Assembly (NCBI GenBank): GCA_048938005.1
Contig: JBHLMQ010000028.1
Location: 19,188-40,408 of the forward strand
Reading direction: 5' to 3'
Length of the DNA: 21,221 nt
Source: Promethearchaeota archaeon
GTDB lineage: Archaea > Asgardarchaeota > Lokiarchaeia > Sigyniarchaeales > SOKP01
The position numbers and the translations under genes are program-made. A model generated the notes under the pieces. That model saw only the letters and a program-made list of their open reading frames with translations, was not told the origin of the DNA and did no database searches. Shown piece after piece: positions 9,379-16,792 of this stretch (the first letter of the stretch is position 1; every line of letters begins with the position of its first letter).

Positions 9379-9512
9379 ATTATTATATTATCTACCTTAG
9401 TGCTTTTTAATATTTTTAAAAGTTTATCAAGATTGTAGTAAATTTATTCTTATTTTTATTTTAAATTAAAAGAATAAGGTTATTAGCAAGTTTGTATTAA
9501 ATTCTTTAGGCG

Positions 9513-9520
9513 TATAAAAA
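9513..9520 (+). promoter_or_regulatory. Candidate TATA box for the BpsA-SpeD gene (leaderless transcript)
   Basis: TATAAAAA lies 22-29 nt upstream of ATG 9542. No SD-like motif. Confidence 0.45.
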
Positions 9521-9521
9521 A

Positions 9522-9543
9522 TTAACTCAATGAGTTAACTCAT
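9522..9543. promoter_or_regulatory. Nested inverted repeats over the start codon, candidate operator
   Basis: TTAACTCA-a-TGAGTTAA (9522-9538) overlaps the perfect 14-bp palindrome ATGAGTTAACTCAT (9530-9543). Confidence 0.5.
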
Positions 9544-10963
9544 GGATACTGAAGTAGAAGAGACTTTAACAATTGTCGCTGAGAGAGCACAGTTAGCTGA
9601 GGGTATCGAGGGGATTCGCTCAATTTTACTTACAATGTATCGTTTTCCTTCTCTTAAAAATAAAAAAGTAGCTCAAAAAACAGGAATTGCTATTCCAACT
9701 ATTGCTGCTGTTAGAAGCGAGTTAGTAAAGGCTGGTATTATTGAGAAAAGGAATTTTCTTGGTAAAAAAGGGAGAGAATGGGTAAGAATAAAGCTAAATT
9801 TAATTTTTGATTATGATCCTCTTCCAGGAGATTTTGATAGTACCATGAGGGAGTTACCAAAAGAATTTGACTATTTAAACAAGATTAAGGATTTTCTTAA
9901 TAATCGTCCAAAACCAGAATTTGCTCTTGATCAATCACATGCGGATTTTTCCACAGTTATAAGAAAGACCTTATATTTACTCAAAAAGGGAGATATTGAA
10001 GGAAGAAAGATTATTTTTTTAGGGGATGATGATCTTATATCGCTAGCAGTTGGTCTAACTAAATTAGCAAAAGAAATCACTGTATTGGATATAGACAATA
10101 GAATTTTGAATTTTCTCTCAAAATCCGCAGAGCAAATCTCTTTAAATAATTTTAAGGTTCTACTTCATGATTTGAGAGAACCATGTCCTAAAAATATCTT
10201 GAATAAATATGATGTTATTGTAATGGATCCTCCCTATACAAATCAAGGTTTAAGATTATTTCTGAAAAGAGCAAGCCAAGTGTTAAAATCAAATATCAAT
10301 ATTAACGGTAAAAACTATCCAATAATTGGGAAAAAATGTCTTCTCAGTTTTGGAAGTAAGCCTCCAGAAGAAATGCAGAAATTACAATTATCGATATTAG
10401 ATCATGGATTTATTATTAATGAAATGATCCCTGACTTCAATCATTACGAGGGTGCAAGTATAATAGGTAAATTTAGCCATCTTTACTATTTACAATCAGT
10501 AATAAATCCAAGTGATAAATATAACCTTAGCTTAAGTTCACTTCCAATATATACTTCTGAAGTAAAATCTCAAGTTTACCCGCAATTTCGTCCAATTGGT
10601 TTTCATTTTATAGGAGAAATGCGATTTACCTCACAAAATCTAGTTTTGGACAATAAAAGAATCCGTCAAATATTCCTAGATGCTCTTAATTCTGCTGGTT
10701 TAACAATATTAGATATATATAATCATAATTATATCCCCTATGGCTATACTATCATTGCTATTTTAGAAACAAGTCATGCTGCTCTCCATACTTGGCCAGA
10801 ACATGGCTATATCAGTATTGATATTTTTATTTGTGATGAGTTTGAAAAGGGCTTAAAAGCTTTAAGAAAGTTAAAAAGTAGTTTTAAACCTAAAGAATCA
10901 GAATTCTTCTATATAGAACGAGGTAAGGAGCCATTAATAGAATATAAAGCACTTGAATTATAA
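9542..10963 (+). CDS. bpsA: Fusion of a branched-chain polyamine synthase BpsA-like aminopropyltransferase and a C-terminal pyruvoyl S-adenosylmethionine decarboxylase (SpeD/SpeH-like)
   Basis: N-terminal wHTH-like region. BpsA motifs RPKPEFALDQ, FLGDDDLIS (G161-D164), LDIDNRIL, HDLREP, DPPYT and FNHY. From about aa 353, SpeD motifs GFHFIGE, PYGYT, TSH (Ser411), HTWPEHGY, IDIFIC and ERG. One uninterrupted ORF. Confidence 0.85.
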   Translation: MDTEVEETLTIVAERAQLAEGIEGIRSILLTMYRFPSLKNKKVAQKTGIAIPTIAAVRSELVKAGIIEKRNFLGKKGREWVRIKLNLIFDYDPLPGDFDSTMRELPKEFDYLNKIKDFLNNRPKPEFALDQSHADFSTVIRKTLYLLKKGDIEGRKIIFLGDDDLISLAVGLTKLAKEITVLDIDNRILNFLSKSAEQISLNNFKVLLHDLREPCPKNILNKYDVIVMDPPYTNQGLRLFLKRASQVLKSNININGKNYPIIGKKCLLSFGSKPPEEMQKLQLSILDHGFIINEMIPDFNHYEGASIIGKFSHLYYLQSVINPSDKYNLSLSSLPIYTSEVKSQVYPQFRPIGFHFIGEMRFTSQNLVLDNKRIRQIFLDALNSAGLTILDIYNHNYIPYGYTIIAILETSHAALHTWPEHGYISIDIFICDEFEKGLKALRKLKSSFKPKESEFFYIERGKEPLIEYKALEL

Positions 10964-11030
10964 GATTAAGTTTATAAATCGTAAGATCCAAATTATCATA
11001 AATTTAAATCTATTAAAAAAATTTTTAAAA

Positions 11031-11864
11031 ATGAAAGAATCAAACAACATAGGGCATTATGAGATTTCCGAATTTCCAAAAGTAAGAATCCCAACTTTGG
11101 ATTTCCTAGCACTAGGAGATAATAAGCATTATGTGAAAGGATTAATTGAATTTGATGTAACAGAGGGTAAAACTAAAATTCGGGAGCATGAGAAGAATAC
11201 AGGAGAAAAAATATCTTTCACAGCTTGGCTCCTTAAGTGTATAGGACAAGCCGCGAGTGAATATAAGGAAGTCCATTCTATGATGATGGGAAGGAAAAAA
11301 ATCATTAAATTTGATGATGTTGATATTTCCATTACAGTTGAGAAAACAGTTGATGAAATGAAGTCCCCAATGCCTTTAGTAGTCAGAAAAACGAATAAAA
11401 AGACTGTTAAGCAGATCAATGACGAAATAAGAAAAGCACAATCAGAACGAGTAAATGAAGCGACAGTCTTAGGAAATCATAACATTAAAAAAAAAGCGAA
11501 ATATTATCTTTCTCTGCCTAAATCTTTTAGAAGATTTTTAATAAAGAGGAGATTGAGAGATCCAATTAAAGTTAAACAACTCATGGGAACTATTATAGTT
11601 ACCTCTGTAGGCATGTTCGGTAAACTTCATGGATGGCCAATTCCGACTACTAATCATCCATTAGCTTTTGGTGTAGGAACCATTACAAAAAAACCAGGAG
11701 TAGTAGATGAAAAGATTGAAATTCGTGAATATCTGACAACAACTATATTATTTAACCATGATGTTGTTGATGGTGCTCCAGCAACCCGATTTGTGTCTCG
11801 ACTTGGTGAACTAATAGAAAGTGGATTTGGACTCCTAAATCTAGAATCATTTATATTTTTTTAA
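11031..11864 (+). CDS. Stand-alone 2-oxoacid dehydrogenase E2-type acyltransferase catalytic domain (no lipoyl domain)
   Basis: KISFTAW, DVDISI.VE, GTIIVTSVG and catalytic HDVVDGAPATRF (HxxxDG). Start reassigned to ATG at 11031. Confidence 0.85.
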   Translation: MKESNNIGHYEISEFPKVRIPTLDFLALGDNKHYVKGLIEFDVTEGKTKIREHEKNTGEKISFTAWLLKCIGQAASEYKEVHSMMMGRKKIIKFDDVDISITVEKTVDEMKSPMPLVVRKTNKKTVKQINDEIRKAQSERVNEATVLGNHNIKKKAKYYLSLPKSFRRFLIKRRLRDPIKVKQLMGTIIVTSVGMFGKLHGWPIPTTNHPLAFGVGTITKKPGVVDEKIEIREYLTTTILFNHDVVDGAPATRFVSRLGELIESGFGLLNLESFIFF

Positions 11865-11883
11865 AAGGAGATAATCTAGAAAT

Positions 11884-11893
11884 AAAAAAAAAA
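11884..11893 (-). terminator. Oligo-T (T10) tract, candidate archaeal terminator of the wHTH-ARPP operon
   Basis: A10 on the + strand, about 28 nt past the stop at 11921. Confidence 0.4.
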
Positions 11894-11920
11894 GAAGTTT
11901 GTTTAAATTAAATTTCTCAC

Positions 11921-12955
11921 TTAAATTGTATATCGCTGATTAATAAGTGTTTGAAATTGTATATTCGAATGTGGTTGATCCTGATAACCTCCTCGTTTTG
12001 AAACAAGATAGAACTGAACCAAACTATCATTGTGAACTAAAGTAATTCCTCGCCATTTGTTTTCACTAGAATTAAATTCTACTACATTTCCAAGAGCTAC
12101 CCCTTCTCTAGTGGAGTAATTTAAGTTTAAACTATGTAAAGTTTTTATAAGTTCATCATGGTATTCATTAACTTTACGTTGAGGTTTATCTTTAAACCTA
12201 AGCGCTTCAATGGAAAAAGCTTTGAGAATGTCATTACTCATAGCCTTCCATGCCTCCGGGTTTGCATAAATCTCAGTACCTATAAACTCTCCGTTAATAA
12301 ACACAGCAATTCCACACTGATCTTTAATATTCGTAAAATGTTTAACGAGATCTTTAGTTTGTTTTTCAGATTCTTTTGTCATTTCAAGATAACTTTGAGT
12401 GGGAGCAACGGCTAAGGCATAATTCATTTCTGCCCTATGAGATTGAATTTCATCCCAGACTGCTCCCTGACCTGCAGCTGAAATAGCCTCAAATGCAACA
12501 TTAGGGTGAAGTCTAGTATTTGAAGATTTAAATCCACGTCCTTTAGTGTAGGTCCATCTTGATTGTTCTACACATTTAGCTGGGATCTTATATTTATGTT
12601 TAACTGTTCCAGGATTATGTTTGACAATTTTTTCCTTTCCTCCTACTGGAAGTAATATTGGTTCCCAGATGGTTCGATCCTGCTTTCCACCGTGAACAGT
12701 CATTCCAAATGGAATTAATATCTGCTTATCACTTTTATTTATGACTTCTAATTGTCCCACTGTCTCAGTTTCGAGTATCTCTACTAACTCTAATTCTTCA
12801 GCTTCTTTAATGCTAATAAAATCAATAAATTTGTCATCTTGAATTATGATAGGAATAACAGCCATATTTTCGTAAACTTGAGGAGTACCTAATTTAAGAA
12901 AACTTAAGGGATTTTCAAACATAGATTTTACAATTTGGATACTTTCATTTTTCAT
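11921..12955 (-). CDS. ARPP-1/DUF6569-like domain protein
   Basis: Recalled family motifs: ENMAVIPI, VEILETETVGQLEVINKS, GGKQDRTI, CVEQSRW, QGAVWDEI and QCGIAVFING. Confidence 0.7.
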   Translation of the reverse strand: MKNESIQIVKSMFENPLSFLKLGTPQVYENMAVIPIIIQDDKFIDFISIKEAEELELVEILETETVGQLEVINKSDKQILIPFGMTVHGGKQDRTIWEPILLPVGGKEKIVKHNPGTVKHKYKIPAKCVEQSRWTYTKGRGFKSSNTRLHPNVAFEAISAAGQGAVWDEIQSHRAEMNYALAVAPTQSYLEMTKESEKQTKDLVKHFTNIKDQCGIAVFINGEFIGTEIYANPEAWKAMSNDILKAFSIEALRFKDKPQRKVNEYHDELIKTLHSLNLNYSTREGVALGNVVEFNSSENKWRGITLVHNDSLVQFYLVSKRGGYQDQPHSNIQFQTLINQRYTI

Positions 12956-12957
12956 AC

Positions 12958-13380
12958 TTATTCATCCTCCTTTTTATTATTTTTAATTTTTTCTTTTAAA
13001 CGTTCTTTATCTTCAACCTTTTCTTCATAAAGTGGACTTATAAATTGGTTTACAATATTTTTTCCATTTTTAGTAAGTTCTACCCCCTGAGCAACTTTTA
13101 ATTTACCACTTTTACTTATCCCATTAATTCTTGTTCCTTTACCTTTTGGTATTTCATTTTCTGTTAATTCTTCCCTATGTGTTTTAATTAATCCGCCTCT
13201 TTTTAACGCATTCAAATGATAATTAATGTTTTGTTTTTGAAGTCCAATGTTTTCAGCAATCTCAATTGGTCTCTGTGGATTATCTGAAAGTTGTTGTAAA
13301 ATATCAGCTCTTACGGGGCTTCTAAATACAAGTCCTACTTTTTCAAAAATTGGTTTTTTCTTTTCTTTTTTCTTTGTCAT
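12958..13380 (-). CDS. ArsR/SmtB-like winged helix-turn-helix regulator
   Basis: SPVRADILQQL...RPIEIAENIGLQKQNINYHLNALKRGGLI...LTKNGK. Ends 2 bp before the ARPP gene, with GGAGG at 12970-12966 as the SD for that gene. Confidence 0.82.
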   Translation of the reverse strand: MTKKKEKKKPIFEKVGLVFRSPVRADILQQLSDNPQRPIEIAENIGLQKQNINYHLNALKRGGLIKTHREELTENEIPKGKGTRINGISKSGKLKVAQGVELTKNGKNIVNQFISPLYEEKVEDKERLKEKIKNNKKEDE

Positions 13381-13382
13381 AT

Positions 13383-13414
13383 TTTTACCGTAAAATTTTT
13401 TTTTACTGTAAAAA
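13383..13414. promoter_or_regulatory. Twin palindromic boxes TTTTAC-n-GTAAAA, candidate operator of the wHTH regulator
   Basis: TTTTACCGTAAAA (13383-13395) and TTTTTACTGTAAAAA (13400-13414), centres 18 bp apart, directly upstream of ATG 13380. Confidence 0.6.
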
Positions 13415-13431
13415 GAAAATAGTGACTTTCA

Positions 13432-13439
13432 TATTTAAA
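13432..13439 (-). promoter_or_regulatory. Candidate TATA box (TTTAAATA) for the wHTH-ARPP operon
   Basis: Consensus archaeal TATA on the minus strand. The expected start site about 25 nt downstream falls inside the distal palindrome. Confidence 0.4.
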
Positions 13440-13639
13440 TGTTTGTGATTCTTAAAAAATAATCCTTCCCTAAGAAGATAAATTAGATCATTTTCTTTCT
13501 TATATTTCTTTAATTAGCAATCTAAATTCTACTCTCTTAAGCAATTAATGATTACCATGGGATTAATAGCTCCTGTAAAAAGAAAAATTAATAAATAAAA
13601 ATAAAGAATTTTTTTTTCTAAAAGTAAAATACTAAATCT

Positions 13640-14179
13640 TTATTCTTCAAGAAGTTCCTTTTTCCTTAAATATTCTTCTTCGGAGATTTCTCCTTTAGCA
13701 AATTTAACTTTCAAAATTTGAAGTGCTTCCTTCGCAGTTTCTTTACCTTCCTCCAAATCTTGTTCCAATGACTTTTCAACCTTTCTAATAGCTTCTTTTA
13801 TTGATACTTGGATTAAGGGAATTAATTGAGAGTCAAATCCTCTTTCAATAAAATCTCTTTGTTTCTCAATCATTCTTTTAAGAAGTTTACCTGCTATCAT
13901 ATCTGGCACATTAAAATCAATAGTTCTATCGTAAAATACATCAATTCCTGTTTGTTTTTCTATAAATTTAATATCAAATTTAACTATGCCATTACTTGTT
14001 GGTATAAGTTGAAAAACTGTTGTTAAATTCTCTCGGGGTCCTGGTTCAAGTATTTGGTATTGTGTCCCCTTTACCCAAAATTGTTTTGTTATAAGAATAT
14101 CTATGAAATTTTCAAAAACGAGTCCTAGTTCCGAAGGAACTCCCTCTATGGTATATATTATCTCTTCCATTAGATTCAT
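13640..14179 (-). CDS. Hypothetical protein with C-terminal SHOCT domain
   Basis: C-terminal EALQILKVKFAKGEISEEEYLRKKELL. Start uncertain (GTG 14182, ATG 14179 or ATG 14170). Confidence 0.75.
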   Translation of the reverse strand: MNLMEEIIYTIEGVPSELGLVFENFIDILITKQFWVKGTQYQILEPGPRENLTTVFQLIPTSNGIVKFDIKFIEKQTGIDVFYDRTIDFNVPDMIAGKLLKRMIEKQRDFIERGFDSQLIPLIQVSIKEAIRKVEKSLEQDLEEGKETAKEALQILKVKFAKGEISEEEYLRKKELLEE

Positions 14180-14321
14180 CACTAAATTTATTTATAATTT
14201 AGTTAAATATCATTTTCATTTAATGATATTTAAAGCTTTTTTAATTCAATACCTTACTTATTTAATCATACACGATTTAAGTTAAATAAGTTTTTAATAT
14301 TGCTTATTATTAAAACACCTA

Positions 14322-14699
14322 ATGCCTGATTTTAAAAAAATCATAAAAAACTATCAAGCTCCAGGGGTAACTGCGAATTTTTTTGTTCTATATAAGGATG
14401 AGTCTACTTGGCTACATGGATGGATTTCAATGGAGACTTCCCTTGAAGAGTTTCTTACACTTATACAAGGTGAGATAGAATATTCATGGGGTTCTGATTA
14501 TGCCAATATGGCAGATTATATAATTTTCCATATTGATCTTGAAGATAACAACAATCTAAAGGAAATAAAGGATAATGAATATTACCAATATGTAAAACAG
14601 CTTCAGGAAATTTATATCGTTGTTTTACACAGAGATTGTAAATATCGAATAATTGAGAATATTCCACCCCTATTCGAGTGGTTTATTGGAACATTATGA
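14322..14699 (+). CDS. Hypothetical protein (125 aa, acidic/aromatic)
   Basis: ATG-started ORF with protein-like composition that fills the gap before the MBL gene. No motif recognised. Confidence 0.6.
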   Translation: MPDFKKIIKNYQAPGVTANFFVLYKDESTWLHGWISMETSLEEFLTLIQGEIEYSWGSDYANMADYIIFHIDLEDNNNLKEIKDNEYYQYVKQLQEIYIVVLHRDCKYRIIENIPPLFEWFIGTL

Positions 14700-14715
14700 A
14701 GTTTAATTAATTTAA

Positions 14716-15423
14716 ATGAAAATATTATTAAGATGTATGACATTGAATATTTCATTTGAAATTAAAATTGTTTTTGATAATAAATGCCCTAAACCAGGAT
14801 TTATTCCTAGTTTTGGTTTCTCTGCCTTAATACATAACCAATTTACTGGCAATTTTTCATTATTAGATACTGGTGGAAATGGTAATATTTTAATTCATAA
14901 TATTAAGCAATTTGGTGTTGGTATTTTAGAAATTAATAAAGTAATAATTTCTCATAATCATCATGATCATGCTGGAGGGTTGGAAAGATTGGTTAGAATT
15001 AATCCCAATATAGAAATTTATATTCCTCTAGATAATTTAAAATCATATATTAAGAAATTTCCTCAAAATAAAGTGCATGGAATCTCAAATCTAATAGAAA
15101 TTGAGAAAAATATTATAATTTCAGGTCAAATCAAAGGAAATTTTATATCAGAACAATCTCTTTTTTTAAAGACTATTAATAATGAAATAATTTTACTTGT
15201 GGGATGTGCTCATCCTGGTTTGGAGCGTTTTATAATAAAAGCTCAAGAAATAGCAAATATTAAAGCAATTATTGGAGGTTTTCATGGTTTTCGAAAATTT
15301 TCATATTTGGAAAATATTGATTTTATTGGCGCATGCCATTGCACGCAACATAAAGAATTAATTAAAACGAACTTTCCGAATCAATTTAAACACGTTTGTT
15401 TGGGAGATAATTTTTCCTTTTAA
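14716..15423 (+). CDS. MBL-fold metallo-hydrolase, COG1237 type (includes the 7,8-dihydropterin-6-yl-methyl-RFA-P synthase-like group)
   Basis: FGFSALI, LLDTG, SHNHHDHAGGL (HxHxDH), GCAHPG, IGGFH and CHCT. The start may be a few codons downstream. Confidence 0.85.
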   Translation: MKILLRCMTLNISFEIKIVFDNKCPKPGFIPSFGFSALIHNQFTGNFSLLDTGGNGNILIHNIKQFGVGILEINKVIISHNHHDHAGGLERLVRINPNIEIYIPLDNLKSYIKKFPQNKVHGISNLIEIEKNIIISGQIKGNFISEQSLFLKTINNEIILLVGCAHPGLERFIIKAQEIANIKAIIGGFHGFRKFSYLENIDFIGACHCTQHKELIKTNFPNQFKHVCLGDNFSF

Positions 15424-15470
15424 AAATTTTAAAGACTACAAATTTAATATAGGATATGTCAATTTAAATT

Positions 15471-15479
15471 AAAAAAAAA
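15471..15479 (-). terminator. Oligo-T (T9) tract, candidate terminator of the coo operon
   Basis: A9 on the + strand, about 50 nt past the stop at 15528. Confidence 0.35.
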
Positions 15480-15527
15480 GAAGATTTAGTTATTTGAATA
15501 ATAGCAAATATCTAATCGTTAAAAAGG

Positions 15528-16763
15528 TTAATATATTTCTTGTAGTAGAGCAGCTTTTATTTCGATCATACCTACATTGAATTTATCTTTTAAAATGAGA
15601 TTCTTGTATTCGGAAACATCGCGTTTACTTACCAGTAATGAATGATATACCCCAGCATTCTGCAATGTATTAATAAGCATATATCCAACTATGGTTGAGT
15701 CTTTTAAATACATTTTTTTATAAATGTTATCTTTAAAAAATTTCAATTCTTCTCCTTCATATACTCCATCTGAAATAATTGGCGTCCCAAATATCTTAAT
15801 AAGGGTTTGTATAGCAGAACCTTCATATTTAGTTTTTCTTCCAACCATATTATAACCAGCAATAGTCCCTTGAGTTAATGCGTTTGACCAAAGCAAAATA
15901 GACTCTCGATTTCCAGTTGAGATATTAATAGATTCAGTAATATCTCCTGCAGCATATATGTTAGGAATATTTGTTTCAAGATATTCATTTATTATTATTC
16001 CTGAATTTGTTTTAATTCCGCTATCTCGTAAAAAATCTAAATTTGGCTTAATACCTGTGGCAATTATAACAAGATCCGCATCTAAAACAGTTCCGTCAGC
16101 AAGTTTAACACTATTTACTCTTTTTTTACCAATAATCTTGGAAATATTATTTTCTAAGAAAAGATTGATATCATTTTTTTCAAGAATCTTTTTTGTTATA
16201 TCCGACATTTCTTTATCAAGCATTCGAGGTAAGACTCTATCCAAGATTTCAACAATAGTCACATCTATATTTTTTTTTTTCAATCCCTCAGCAGCATCAA
16301 GACCTACAAACCCCCCACCAAGTACAACAGCTTTTTTAGGTTTTTGTGTATTAAGCCAATTGTAAATAGCATCAGTATCATTCAGGGTTTTGAATGTAAA
16401 AATACCCTCCTTGTCAATTCCCTTTATAGCTGGCATATCAACATGGCCGCCTCCTGCGATGAGAAGTTTATCATAATCAATCGATTCTGAATCTACTAAA
16501 ATCTTTTTACTTTCAGGTTGAATATTTTTTACTTCTTTGCCTAAAATTGGATTGATGTTCATTAGATTGAAAAAATCTTTACCTTTCCAGAAGATTTTAT
16601 CTCTTTCTTTCTCTTCCAAGATGTAATGACAGAGAAGACAAGCGGAATATGCTGGAACATCTTCTTTTGAAATCATTATGATTTCTGACTTTTGATCATA
16701 CTTTCTTATTGCTTCTGCTGCACTTATACCTGCTCCTCCAGTTCCAATTATTGCATATCTCAT
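15528..16763 (-). CDS. FAD-dependent NAD(H) oxidoreductase (pyridine nucleotide-disulfide family), CODH-associated
   Basis: IIGTGGAG (FAD), VLGGGFVG...VE (NADH-type), ATGIKPN and TNIPNIYAAGD. C42LLC45. SD GGGGTG at 16776-16771. Confidence 0.9.
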   Translation of the reverse strand: MRYAIIGTGGAGISAAEAIRKYDQKSEIIMISKEDVPAYSACLLCHYILEEKERDKIFWKGKDFFNLMNINPILGKEVKNIQPESKKILVDSESIDYDKLLIAGGGHVDMPAIKGIDKEGIFTFKTLNDTDAIYNWLNTQKPKKAVVLGGGFVGLDAAEGLKKKNIDVTIVEILDRVLPRMLDKEMSDITKKILEKNDINLFLENNISKIIGKKRVNSVKLADGTVLDADLVIIATGIKPNLDFLRDSGIKTNSGIIINEYLETNIPNIYAAGDITESINISTGNRESILLWSNALTQGTIAGYNMVGRKTKYEGSAIQTLIKIFGTPIISDGVYEGEELKFFKDNIYKKMYLKDSTIVGYMLINTLQNAGVYHSLLVSKRDVSEYKNLILKDKFNVGMIEIKAALLQEIY

Positions 16764-16792
16764 TCTTTTCCACCCCTTTCTTATATATAATA

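Noticed and set aside
10953-11030. TTG-started extension overlapping the fusion gene and E2-like gene
   Set aside because: It is low-complexity AT-rich sequence, and ATG 11031 is the more plausible start.
13573-13586. 14-bp direct repeat CTGTAAAAAGAAAA matching 13406-13419
   Set aside because: It is mostly an A-run and has only a half-site of the operator. No element-like structure lies between the copies.
14697-14760. Selenocysteine read-through of the TGA ending the 125-aa ORF
   Set aside because: Read-through gives a short extension in a different frame from the MBL gene, with no redox motif and no evident SECIS.
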